Source of the DNA: Cyanophora paradoxa CCMP329
Lineage: Eukaryota; Plantae; Glaucophyta
Assembly (NCBI GenBank): GCA_004431415.1
Contig: QPMI01000515.1
Coordinates: forward strand, 223,195-287,194
Length of the DNA: 64,000 bases
Direction: 5' to 3'
Shown: piece by piece, positions 1-12,100 of the stretch
Layout of the letters: each line of letters begins with the position of its first letter
How positions within the stretch are numbered: position 1 is the first letter of the stretch
Program-made: the position numbers and the translations under genes
Notes under the pieces: model-generated
Seen by the model: the letters and a program-made list of their open reading frames with translations, nothing else
Told to the model about the DNA's origin: nothing
Databases searched by the model: none

Positions 1-267
1 GCGGCCATCGCAGCATCGCTGCGTGTCCGTAGATAGATAGATAGAATTAGCCGCATGCGCGCAGATATATACTATGAGATGTATTATGTATATATTTACA
101 AATTACATTGGACTGTTGAAAAGTACGTATACCGCGCTGTATATAGCTACCGTATAATTATATACTTAACTTAGTAAGCTTAGCGTTGCATATGAACTGC
201 TTCAGTAAGAATCATTATATATACGTAACCGCCAGTTGCACTGTACGCAACTTGCACACTGTGATTT

Positions 268-780
268 AGTGCTAAAGGTTTTTAGGCGATCTATAATATT
301 TTGTTTTCAAATATTTCCAGCGCCTGTATATATGCATGGCCGGAAAAGCCGAGAATTCTTAGAGGTAGTCCCGTCTCTTTCAAGTTTCGAGCCGGGCCCG
401 GCGCGGGGCCCTGCGAAGACGTCGACGTCGACTGACCTAGGCCTAGGCTACTAAAAATTTACGTTACGTACCAGCTGCGCGCTAAACGTCCCGTCTCCGC
501 CACTCCGCCGGCGCCAATCCGCCAAAGCCAGCTACCGGTGTAGATCTGGAAAAGCCCTGCGAAGAGTCGCCGAAAACGTATACGTACGTATACGTATACG
601 TATACGCGTACGTACGTATACTAAATTTTTGCCAGCTGCTTAAATTATATTTTAAGCCAGCTTGTGGCACTTTAATTAATTTTGGTGAAGTAATAATTAT
701 TTTCCTGTGTTGAATTAACCATTTCCAGTAACGTGCACTGAGCTGCGCCGCTGCTAGCGCTGCGGCCCTGAATGCGGGCA
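268..780 (+). repeat. Degenerate copy of a dispersed repeat shared with 38085-38328
   Basis: Collinear shared words at both loci: CTAAA.GTTTT..GGCGATCTA, AAAGCCGAGAATT, GGTAGTCCCGTCTC, AAAAGCCCTGCGAAGA, CCAGCTGCT, ATAATTATTTTCCTGT, GAATGCGG. Confidence 0.75.
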
Positions 781-1373
781 ACTGATGCAGACCTGCCTCG
801 GGGCTAGTTCGCAACGGACGGGCTGCAGAGGAGGTGGCTGCTGCGAGCGAGCAGCGAGGAGGAGCGGCGCGAGGAAGCTTCCAGGTGCGCGAGCGCGCCG
901 GCCTGCTAGTGACGCGGAAGAGCTCTATCCAGCAAGACGGCCCCCCCCCCCGGTGCCGGCGCAGCGAAGGCCCGACCAACCGGCGACCACCGCTGAGTCG
1001 GCGCGTTTTGCGCAGAGGTGTCTGGCGTGTCTTGGTCTTGCTCGTCTCTGTTCGTCTCTGTTCGTTCGCTGTGGAGATGGTCGCTTCAGTGGATTCCGTA
1101 CTGGGCAGTCCCGTTCTGCACTCGGCGCCCTTGCCCTCCAACACGCCGTTGAACAGGGTTAGTGGGCCCTTCTGCATGTTCTCGTTGCCGGCGACCGTTG
1201 CCCGCGGCCCGCCGATGTCGGATTCTGACTGGAACAATGCAGCATACTTTTGGGCTCTGCAATCGAATCGCCGACGAGGAGTCCTCTCTGGTGCCGCAAG
1301 AGAATCTTATGATCATTCTCGACCTCGGTCAGGCGCACACCAAAGCCTGCGTCGCGACGCAGTGCTCGCCGGC

Positions 1374-3476
1374 ATGTTCGTACCGGGCAGCGAAGGAAGC
1401 ATGAGCAGCAGCAGCTCGTTCTGTGAAGCGCCGTCTCCCCCGTCGTCCTTCGGCGAATCCCTCGGCTCGCCAAGCGGCAACGCGGGTATTACGGAAGACC
1501 TGACTGTCCTCGACATCAGCGTTGAGGACAGTCTCCTGTACGAGACTCTGGCCAGCGATGCAGATTTAGAGCAGCCTGCAGCGTCTCCGCGTCCCTCCGG
1601 CTTCAGCGAGCGCCCGTTCCCGGCGAAAGTCGACGACGGAACTCTCTTTGCGCCCGCGCGCTCCGCCGAACCGGCCTCGCCTGCATTTCATGGTGTCCGC
1701 TTTTCGTTTAGCGTTGCTTCCGGCGGATCTGACGCTCCTCGCAGCCGCCGTTGTTATCGAGGATCCTCTGGATCTGGTTCTTGGGGACGAGCCGCTGCTG
1801 GATCGCAAGCTCCCGCTCGAATCCACCATTTTCAGGACAGAGAGCGCTCATGACGAGTTCACGTCGGACGATCTCTTTGGTCGCGCCGCCAAGCGCCCCC
1901 GGACGGTTCGATCGACCCGCCTCCGCGCCTGTTTCATCGCACAGCTCTAAAGCCCGTAGCAGGAGCACGCGGAGTCGGTCGAGATGACTTTCCTCGAGTG
2001 CGAGATGGACACCGGCACGGTCAAGGGCGAGCCGTCCGAGTGCGGCGGCGAGTCGATCTGCGGCTCGCCGGAGGCGGATAGCATGTTTCTCGAGACATCC
2101 GACTGCGACACGCAGGAGCAGCTGCAGGCTCTCAGCTCGGAGATCTCGATGATGGACGACTCTGCCCGCCGCCTCATCGCGCAGGCCCTCTACAGGCTCT
2201 CGGCCGCGGCCGCGCCCGATCAGAACGACCCTGTAGCGTCCCTCGAGCCTCTGTTCCCGCGCTCCGTCGCCGTTGCCGTCGCCGCGGCCGCGTCTAATGC
2301 CAGCGGGCTCCTGGTGACGGGATCCGGCCGGAAGCGGCGCGTCGCCGCTGCGACGCCGGTGGAGCAGCGCGCGATGGACGCCGTCGCTGAGGCGCACCGC
2401 CGCTCGGACCGCGCCGTCGCGCGCATCACTTTCCTCGTCGATTTCGACCCGGAGTCGTTCGCCGTGGACGCCTCTCCCGCCCCCGCGCCGACCTCCGCCC
2501 CCGCCCCGCCCGCCCCGTCCGCCTCCATGGCGTGCCCCGGGCCCGCCAAGCCCCCTGTCCCCGGCCAGCCCACCCCGCCCCGGGTTCGCGCGCCTTCCCC
2601 CCCCCCCCCCGGCCCCCCCGGCCCCGCCCCGCCCCGCCCCGCAGACTTGGACTCTCTGTCTGACCGACCGACTGCCGTACCCGCTGCAGAAGCGCGTCTT
2701 CTTCACCGAGGACCAGGTCCGCAAGCTGAACACGTACTACGAGAACCTGGCGGGCAACAAGTGTACCCCGATGGAGATCGCCTCCATCGCCTCCGACGTC
2801 GGCTTGACCGAGCACCAGGTACCCCCCTTTCTTTTCTTTCTTTCTTTCTGCCCTTCTCCCCTTCTCTTATCGGTCCTCTTATGTTACGCCCGCGCAGGTT
2901 CGGATCTACTTCCAGAACAAGCGCGCGCGCACCCGGAAGCCCTCCTCGTCCTCCGGCGGATCGGGCTGCAAGACGCCCCTGAGCTCGCCCCCGGCGCGCG
3001 CCATGCAGCCGCCGGTCTCGTTCCTTCCCCCGTCCACTCCGGCCAGCGCCGCCCAGAGCCCGGCGGCGTCGCCTATCGCGAGCCCCTGCCCCCGCGGGCC
3101 GCGCCCTCCCGGCCTGCAGCCCGCAGCTGCCCCCGGCGGCCGCCGTCCGCACCAGCAGCACTCTCACTATCCGGCTTCCCGTCGCTTAGTAGCCGTTTCC
3201 GGCCTACGACGACAATGTCGCTTAGTAGCCGTTCCGGCCTGCGACGACAATTTTGAACCTTTCCATGTCATATTTTCCTCTTCGCAGATCGCATATAACT
3301 CACATAATCTTATCTTTCCATTTAGCTCCATACCGTTCAATTATCCTCTTGGTTCCGTGGCGACGAGGGCCTTTGGGCCCGTGTCGCGTGTAAGTAAGAG
3401 AGGGACAGTCACAGTTCGGGCGAGGCCCGGCGTCAGGCCTGCCAGCCTGTTTTTTCGCCGCGCCTCGGTCCAATGA
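1374..3476 (+). CDS. Homeodomain transcription factor, multi-exon (both ends uncertain)
   Basis: Splicing GT-AG introns 2584-2689 and 2819-2897 gives PPR|KRVFFTEDQVRKLNTYYENLAGNKCTPMEIASIASDVGLTEHQ|VRIYFQNKRAR, which matches the homeodomain N-arm and helix 3. Upstream acidic/Ser-rich exons join in frame. Confidence 0.85.
3181..3251 (+). repeat. Two-copy ~36-bp tandem duplication
   Basis: GTCGCTTAGTAGCCGTT(T)CCGGCCT(A/G)CGACGACAAT occurs twice in tandem. Confidence 0.9.
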
Positions 3477-4343
3477 TGATGTATCTTGAAGATAGTTCCT
3501 TTTAGTATCTCTGAAACGATAGCAGGTTTTTATATTGGCTCTTCCTGCTGTTTCATTTCTGTTCAGTTTATCTATTTAGTCTTTCTCGAAAGGCACAATC
3601 ACTTGACGCACTGCTGTCAGGAGCTTCTCGTAAGGAGCTCCGCAGCCTCATAATCGCGCTGCTAGGGCCTAGGGAGTTAACCCTCCATGTGTACGTGGTA
3701 GGGTGGAATCCACACAGTCTTAGTTGTAGCGGCCTCCCCGCTTCGTTGGATGCACAATCGTTGCATAGCCCAGATGTATATGTATGAATTCAGTCCCTAG
3801 TACTGCTCCTGCCTGCTAATTGACGCTGGCCCAACTACCCCATGGCCATCCGGGAATCCGGATCTTCTCACGGCGCCGGCAATGCCCTTATAATTACGCC
3901 TCAAGCTCGCGCCGCCATATGCATATATATACTATAGTAGCTATGGGCCCGGGCGAGTAGCTCAGCGGCTTGCGCTAGCTGGGACGTCGACGTCGACAGC
4001 AGCTAGCGCTGCAGTGCACGCGCGTATGCGCATGCATATGCAGGCGGCCCCGCGGCCGTGCCACGGTGCGATCGCAACGCATATGACTTCTTTTATATAG
4101 CTACGCATGCAATTTGCACATAACACGTAAACGCGCGCGACACGAGTCGACGTCGGTGGGCGGACAGGGCGGGCATGTACAGGGGCGAGCCCTGCTTGCT
4201 CCCAACGCGCGGCGGGGCTTGGAAGAATAAGGTAGTAATAGCTGTTTACCAGTCGAACGACTGGGGACGCGGGTCGTGATCGCGGGTCGCCCCCCGCCTC
4301 CCCTCCGGTCCGAGAGGCATACATACATACGTATAGAGGCCGG

Positions 4344-7300
4344 CTACTTTGCGGCACCCAAAGAGGACTCGGCGAGGCGGCGCACGAGCTTTTCCAGGCC
4401 GTCCAGGCGAGAGCTCTGCTTGAAGACCTGTGGGGAAGGAGGTCGGATCGAATCTAGGAGAAGGGGCGCGTGGGGGGGTACAGGGACGCGCCTCGTTGGT
4501 GATCTTGTCGATTGAGTCGCCGGAGCCGCCGCCGCCGCCGCCGCTCTCCGCCACGCGCCGCGCCTCCGACGCCGCGTGCTCCACCTCGTCCATGCGCTCC
4601 GCCATCCCCGTCAGCGCCTCCTGCGCCCAGAAAAGAGAACGAAGTCCGCCTTAGCGAAAAGGAGGCCTTGAGCAGCGCGCGCGCCCCGGCCCGGCCCGGC
4701 CCGGCTCGCCTTCAGCTCCGAGATCGATTGCCGTACCCCCGCGACTCCGCCGCGATCGTCTCGACGACGCCCTTGACCTGTACCCCCCTCCCCGCTCAGA
4801 GACGCGACGGAAGCCTGTACCCCCACCAACCCGACCCGGCGGACCTTCTGCTCGAACGCGGTGGTACCCGTCACGACGCGCTCGATCGCCTCGCGCGTGG
4901 CCGTCTCCAGCCGCTCTATGCGTGCCATGAAATCCTTCATCTCCTCCCGCGTCTTCCCACCTGGGGGATACGGCGTTAGGAACGAGGGGGAAGGAATTGG
5001 GAGGGGGTACGAGGCGGGCGAACCTTCTCCATCTCGCGCTTGAGGCGCTGCAGGAACTTGCCCGCGAGCTGCTCGGCGGCCTGCCGGTTTCGGCCCTCCC
5101 ACTTCTCCAGCTCGCCCTGCGTAGCACTTCAGGCTCGGATGGGGGTACCGAATGTTGTGGGGGTACGGCACCTGGATGTCGACGGGTACGAGCTGCACGT
5201 CGCCAGCCTCGGTGGCCGTGCCGTCGCCCACCTCGCTCCCGAACACGATCTTCTCCATGCTCTCCATTTGCTGTCGTACCCCGGGATGAGCGTTGGGGGG
5301 GGGGGGGGGGGGCGGAAGGGGGACGTAGAAGGCTCACCGCGAGGACCGCCCCGGCGGGCCCGGGGGCGCCCTGGGGCACGGAGGGCCCTCGGCCGGCGCG
5401 GCCGGCGCGGCGGCGGCAGCGGCGGCCGGCGGCGGTGGCGGCGCGGCCGCGAGCCTCGCGAGCGCATCGTCCAGCCTGGCCTGAAGCGAAGCAACGGCCG
5501 CCTCGGCCGCCGCCAGACGCCGCCTGTCCTCCTCCGACATGCCGGCGGGAGGCGGGGGCGGAGGAGGGGAGGAGGGGCCGGGGCCGGCGGCGCGTGCCGC
5601 TCGACGGCCGCCGCGATGCGCGCCTCGAGGGCTGGCGCCTCCAGTCCGGCCTCCGCCATCGCCCGGGCGACCGCGGCCGCCACACGCGCCTCCACCGCCG
5701 CAGCCTGGTCCGCCGCCGCCGCCGCCTCTTCCGCCGGCCTCGCCTGCGGAGGCGGCGCGGCAGTCGCCGCGCCGGCGCTCGCCAGCTGGTCCGCCTGACC
5801 CTTCAGCTCCTTGGCCTAGCTCCGGATCAGCGAAGAACGAAGCGGGCGAAGCAAGCAAGCGAGCGAGCTATCTTTAGACTCACCTGCTTGCGGACGTCCT
5901 CGAGGGTCCTGTTCACGAGCTCGAGCTGCTGCGCCTGCTGCTGCCGGTTGCTCTCCAGCCGCGCCTCCACCTGGCGGCGGAGAATTAGAATAATTAGATC
6001 TCCTCCGAAACATTAGATCCCCCCCCCCCCCCCCCCCCCCCCCCAACTTTCTGCCCTCTACCCCCCCCCCGTACCTTGACCCAGCGGCTCTCGTCCTCGG
6101 AGGCGAGCCGCTCGAGCTGGCCGACGAGGCGGGAGACCTCCTCCTGCACCTTCTTCGCCACCGTCTGCGTGCCAGGCCGGGGAGGAGTCAGAGAGGGACC
6201 GCGCCGTGTTCTTCTTCTCGGGCGGGGGGCGGAGACGATGCGGCCATCGCAGCATCGCTGCGTGTCCGTAGATAGATAGATAGATAGATCTATGCGCAGG
6301 CGTGGCGGCGCCAGGAGTCGGGGAGGAGTCTGGAGAACGGCGGCGGCGTCTCTCCCCCTCGGGCGGCGTCCCGCCATGAAATCGCTAGAGAGGGGTACAG
6401 GCGCACGCGGTCGGCGGTCTCCTCGACGAGGCGGCGGACGCGCTCCTCCTCGCCGCCGCTCTTCAGCGCCGCCACTGTACCCTCCAGCCCCGCCAGCCGC
6501 AACCGCGCGTCCTCCAGCGACGCTGCGAAAGAAGGAATCGGATCGCGGAGAGATCGGATCGGATGGATCGCGTGCGCCAAGCGAACGAACGAACCGCTGT
6601 CGCGGCCGCCGCCGAGCGTGGCGACGGCGGCGCGCGCCTCGGCCGCCTCGCGCAGCGCCGCCGCCGCGTCCTCTTTCGCGATCGACGCGTCGTGCCGCGC
6701 GTCTGCCGCCGCACGCTCCGCCACGCCCTTCGCCTGCGCGCGGGTTCAAATCCGGATCGGATCAAATCCGGATCAAATCTCTCGCTCGCTCGCCTGCTCG
6801 ACGTGCGACCGGGCGGCTGACTCGGCCGACCTTAGCTGCTCCTGGAGGGTCTCCAGCGCCTTCAGAGCCGCCGAACTCTTCGCCTCCGCCTCCGCCAGGC
6901 CCCGCCGCGTCTCCCCGGACTGCGGCGGGCGCGGCCCGGCCCGGTTCGGCCTCGATTCGAATTCGAGAGCGGGGAGCGCGCGCGCGCCTGCCGAGTCAGC
7001 TCCGCCAGCTCCGCGGCGTGCGTCGCCGTGAAGGAGACCGCGGCCGCGTCTGCTTCGTCCTTCGTCTGCTCGTTCGAGTTCGAATGAGAGAGCGGCGCGC
7101 GCGGGCGGGGCGGGGCGGCGCGGCGCGGCGCGGGACGCGCGCCTTCCGCAGCTCGATCTGGTTGCGGAGGAGCTCCGCGAGCGCTTTTCCGTGCGTGTTG
7201 CACGTGTCCTGCGATAGGATCGAGCGAGATCAAATTCGAGATTTAATCCGTGCGCCGGCGATCCGTGCGCCGGCGGGAGTACCTGGATGCGGCCGATCTG

Positions 7301-8841
7301 CTGGCCGAGCTCGGACATCACCTGAGGCGGCCCCACCGTCTCAGACGAAGAAAAACCCTCTTGTTCCTCTTAGTTATATAGAAAGGGGTTCTATCTCACC
7401 TCGCGCCTGACGTCCACGGCGATGTCCTTGGACCACGCGTCGGCCGGCGATCCCGGGGCCGATGCGGCCGCCCCGGAAACCACAGCCGAGTTCAGCCGCT
7501 TCGTGAGCTGCGGGAGGGGCGGCGGTGAGCGACGAGAGGGAACGGGGGCGGGCCGGTGGGCGAGGGAGATGTGGTGCAAGAGGAACTAGACGCGCTAGAC
7601 GCGCTCTCTTGGGCCCGGGTGCGATCTATCCGAACGAGGCGAGAACGCGCCCGCCCGCCCGCCCGGCCGCGCGCACGCACCCCCTCGAGCTGCCCCTGGA
7701 CGCTCTGAAACCGAACCTCCCAGTCCCCTGCCAGACGCTCGGCGATCTGGAGGAGAGTAGTGAGACTTCGTAAGAGGAACGAAAGCTCTCCTTTACTCAA
7801 GCACGCACCGCGCTGGTGTACGATACCGAGTCGTCCCCAGCTGGGCTGCCGGCGGCCCTCCGAGCGACCGCCACCTCCTGCGGGCCGCTCGGAAAAGGAG
7901 CCAAAAGGAAGGGAAATGAGAGGGGATGACCGTCAGGCGCTGCTCGAGGCGCTCGACCTTGGACGTCAGCGCGTCCAGACCCTCCATTAGGCCGCTGTTC
8001 GCTTTCTGCGGGGCGGTGGGCGGGGAAGCGCAGACCGGAACGCAGGGGCAGGCGGGCGAGCGTATCGTACCGAGAGACGGCCCAGGAAATCGTTCATCCC
8101 GGGGCTGGGAGGCACGGCGCCGTGCGCCGGCGAGGAGGCTGCGGGCGTGTTGAGAAAAGTCGAGCGCGCTGCTGAGCGCGGATTAGAGGCGCGTACCGCC
8201 GAATGGAAGAGAAGTGCTGACGCTGCCCGCGGAGAGCGGACGCCCGCCGGGCTGCCCAGGGAGTTGCTGGCCGTTCTGGTTGATGCCGAGCGCCGCGGCG
8301 AGAGTGACCTGAGAAGGCGCGGGCGGGGCGTCAGCTCCACGCAGCTAAGAGCCCGAAGACAAGGGCACCAGGAGCGACATCATGTCCTCCACGCGCCGGA
8401 TGCCCGAGTTCAGCCTGTCGGCGATCTCCTTGTCCTTCTTCTTGAAGCGCTGCAACCGCGGAGGCGCTTGAAGACTGCGCAAACGCTCGTGATTGGGTCG
8501 GCGCACCTCGTACAAGGCTCGGAAGACCTCGGGTGTCAGCCGCGTCACCCCGAGCGCGGCCTCGATGTCGGCGGCCTGCGCCCAAGTGAGCGGCGAGCGG
8601 GGGCGGGCGCAGCAGCGCGCAGAGACTGGCAGACCAGCTGCTTGTCGCTCATGGACGTAGACATCCCCATAGGGCCCGCTCGTGGCGGGCTTGGACTGTG
8701 GGCCGGGCCCTGCGAAGTGTCACGGACGCTCGGAGCCCCCCAGCCGCTGGCGCGCACGTGGGGCTTGGAGCTTATGATATGAGGCAGGCTGCGGTCCAGC
8801 AGGCTGCGGTCCAGCACATCGCCGCTCGAGCCCCGCTGCAT
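4344..8841 (-). CDS. Large multi-exon coiled-coil protein of unknown function (start uncertain)
   Basis: Successive short minus-strand exons with heptad-like Glu/Ala/Leu/Arg-rich sequence (e.g. EEMKDFMARIERLETATREAIE, EGLDALTSKVERLEQRLT). The last exon VFKQSSRLDGLEKLVRRLAESSLGAAK ends at TAG 4346-4344. Confidence 0.65.
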
Positions 8842-9132
8842 GCCGAGCCCGCCGCCAATTCGATCCAGAAGGATCCGGGGTCTAGGCTCCGGCGTACTAC
8901 CGGATGACCGGCTGGGTGATGCCCCCGGAATGAGAAGAAGGACGGGGGCCGGCGCCAGCTCGAAACAGCGAAGTCAAAGTTAGCGAAGTTCCTCGGGTAC
9001 AGCCAACTTGAGCAAGGTCGGAGGGTCCGAGCACCTTTCGCTGCCAGTCGCGCACAGCACCAGCATCTTCAGCAAAAGCACCAACAGCGATTGTGCAGCG
9101 CATGAGCAGGTAAGGAGCGGAGGACCGGCGCT

Positions 9133-12100
9133 ATGGAGGGCCCGAGCGGAGGGGCCGGGGCATCGCCCGCCGGCGTGCGGCTGCCCGTAGCAGCGGGAGA
9201 ACTGCAAGTACCTGGAGCAGGGGCCGCCAGCCAACCGAGCACGCGCGGAGAAACAGCAAGGCAGCCGGACCTAGCTAACTTCTTCTCTGTGGTCGCCTTT
9301 GCTGCAGAACAGTTTCCCGAGGGCGAGGACGACAATGGTGCGCCTCTGCGCCCCGCTCTCCCCGCTTGTCCGCTGCGGACACACGGACACAGCGTGTCTG
9401 ACTCTGCCTGGCCGCAGAGGAGGAGGTGCGGCAGAATCGTGTGCTCGAGTGGGCGCAGTACCAGCCTGCAGGTGTGCCTTCTGCTTGCTCCCTGCACCCG
9501 CTGCGGCCCCGCGTCCGCTGCTGACCAACCCCGCCTGACAGACTTGGAGATTCCGAGCTTCGTGGACTTCGCATCCACGCGGCCCAACACGACGCGGACG
9601 ACCGCAACGGCTCTGGATGCGGAAGGGAACCACCTTCCGCCCCAGACCCCGAAGACCACGCGCAAGCTCCGGGGCAAGGTCCGTCCGCGCCGCGCCGCGC
9701 CGCGCCGCGCCGCCTGTGTGCGCGCTCGTCCTGACGCGCACTACGCAGCTCGAGGAACTGACCTCCTCGGTCCGCTCAGCGATCGACGCGCGCGCGCTCG
9801 CGCGCCCGGCGCTGAGCTGAGCGCCGCGCTGCAGGTCGCTCGGGCCGGAGAGGACATCGAGCGGCTCGCGCAGAACTTCTACGGCGACGGTGCGTCGGGC
9901 CGCCCGCCCCGCGCCGTCGCTCCGGCGCCCCTCTCGAAGGGCGCTCACGGGCGGATACAGGGTACGACGTGGACGAGCATGTGAAGAGGCAGCGGGCCGC
10001 GGGGGCGGCGGCCGGCGTCGGCGTCGGCGGTGCGTGCGGGGGCGCCCCGCCCCCGGCGCGGCGCGCGGCGCGCCGACGCGGCCCCCGCAGGCGGCGCGCC
10101 GAAGCCCCCCGAAGCGGGCTCATATGAGGAGGACGATGAGAGCTCCCTCCCCTCCCGCGACAGCTCATATGACGAATCCGACGACGAGGATCTGGGTGCG
10201 CCGTACCCTCCCCTCCCAAGTGGGGCCTTGTCGTACCCCCTGACGCCTTCGCCCCCGAAGACCCCGAGCCGGGCATGCCGATTCGGGACCGTTACGTCCC
10301 CATCTTCCCCACCCTTACCGAAACCGCGAGCCCGAAAGCCGACGTGAATCTCAAGTACGCGTACCCCTCCTCCCCGCATTGCGCGTACCCCTCGACTCAC
10401 CTGCCCGCGCCTCTTCCGCAGGCGCTCGAGCCTGGCGCCGGGGGTCGTGACCGAGGAGGGGGTGGCGGACGAGATCGCGGGGTACGTGGAGGCCGTCGCG
10501 GACCTGGGTTCGAATCCCTGCGCCTTGTCCTTCCGTGGAGCTCCTCCTCTAACGCCGGCGGGGCGGCGGCAGGCTTCCCGCACGACCAGGTCACCCTGGC
10601 CAAGCAGCGGGTCATGAAGGGCGTCCGCGACGCCATTGCTTCCCGCGCCGAGCGTGCGCCCCGCCCGCCCCGCCCCGCCCCGCCCCCTCCCGCCCTCCCG
10701 GGCCGGACCGCCGACGCGCCCGCAGACATGGACCCGCTTAGCGCGGTCTTCGACCACTACGAGCGCACCTTTGAGGCGGCGACTCTCTGGAGGGACCTGA
10801 TGCTCCAGTGGCAGCGCCGCGGCTTCCTGGGCCGCTTCGTCGTCGGCATTTTCGCTTTCCTGGATTTCGTCTGCATGAACGCCTTCTCGTACACGTACAA
10901 CTTCGTCGTCTCCGCCATCCTGGGCGTCGTTGAGCGGTGGTACAAGAACACCAGGAAGGTCCCGCCCTGCTTTGTCTGCACGGAGGAGGACCACACGGTC
11001 GTCAAGATCAACCGTGCGCGCGCGCGCTCACGCACCGCCTCGCTTTGCGCCGCGCGGCCTTGACCGTAGACGGCCGGCGCGCAGACTGCGTGGACGGGAG
11101 CTGCATGTGCGGGCTCTTCCAAGTCTCCATCGAGCTCTACCTCTACGAGCTCATCTACATCGCCGCCGCCAACTTCCGCATGCCCGCGTTCCTCGCCTAC
11201 CTCTACCACACTTCCCACAAGGCGAGCCGACCGTCCTCTACTCCGGATCCGCTCGGCCGTCTTCTTACGGGCCCCCTGCTTCGTTCGTTCGCTCGCAGCT
11301 GCTTCGGGAGGACCCGGGGGCTTGGGGCGAGTCGATGGTGGACATGAGCGGGGCGACGACGTCCCGCTTCAACGGCGCCTTCACCGCGCGGAGCGGGGCC
11401 GCGACCACGCGGTTCGGCGGGGCGCCGACGAACACGGGCGCCATGACCGCGCGCACCGTCCAGGTCCGAGTGCTCCTTCCCGTCCCGTCCTTTCTTTCCG
11501 TTCTTCTCTTAATGGCGTCGCGCAGGTGCTGCAGGACCTTAAGGAGGCGGCGCTGACGCCCGGCAACTACGTGGAGCAGGAGATCCGCTTCTGGCACGCG
11601 GTGATGCTTGAGTCCAAGAAGATGCGCGAGGCCAAGGCATCCCAGCAGGACTACATCACGTACGCCGGTGCGGAAGCCGCTCCCACGAAGCCGCGATGGC
11701 TTCGTCCTCTTTCGGAGTGTTCTATCTCACTCCCCGACAGACCTCAACGAGCTGTACAGCTGCCCGAGCGTCGTGTGGGGCGACGGCGACTGCGAGAAGT
11801 TCGCGTGGACGCGCCTCAAGGCCGAGGCGCTGAAGTACAAGAAGAAGATCAAGCTGGAGACGGGCCAGCACCAGTACATCGCGCTGAAGACGCACGGCGA
11901 GCGCTCGCGGGACCAGTGGTTCATCCCGGGCCTCTGGTCCATCCTCTACAACGTTTTCCCCTGCATCCACACCGGTGCGCCACCACCGCCGCCGCCGCCG
12001 CGCAACGCGTCGTCAACGGCCACGGCCGCGGATCGCGTCGCGCGACTCGACGCGACGGCTGAGACGTCGCTCGCGCATTTCCAGGCATCCTGACCCTCAT

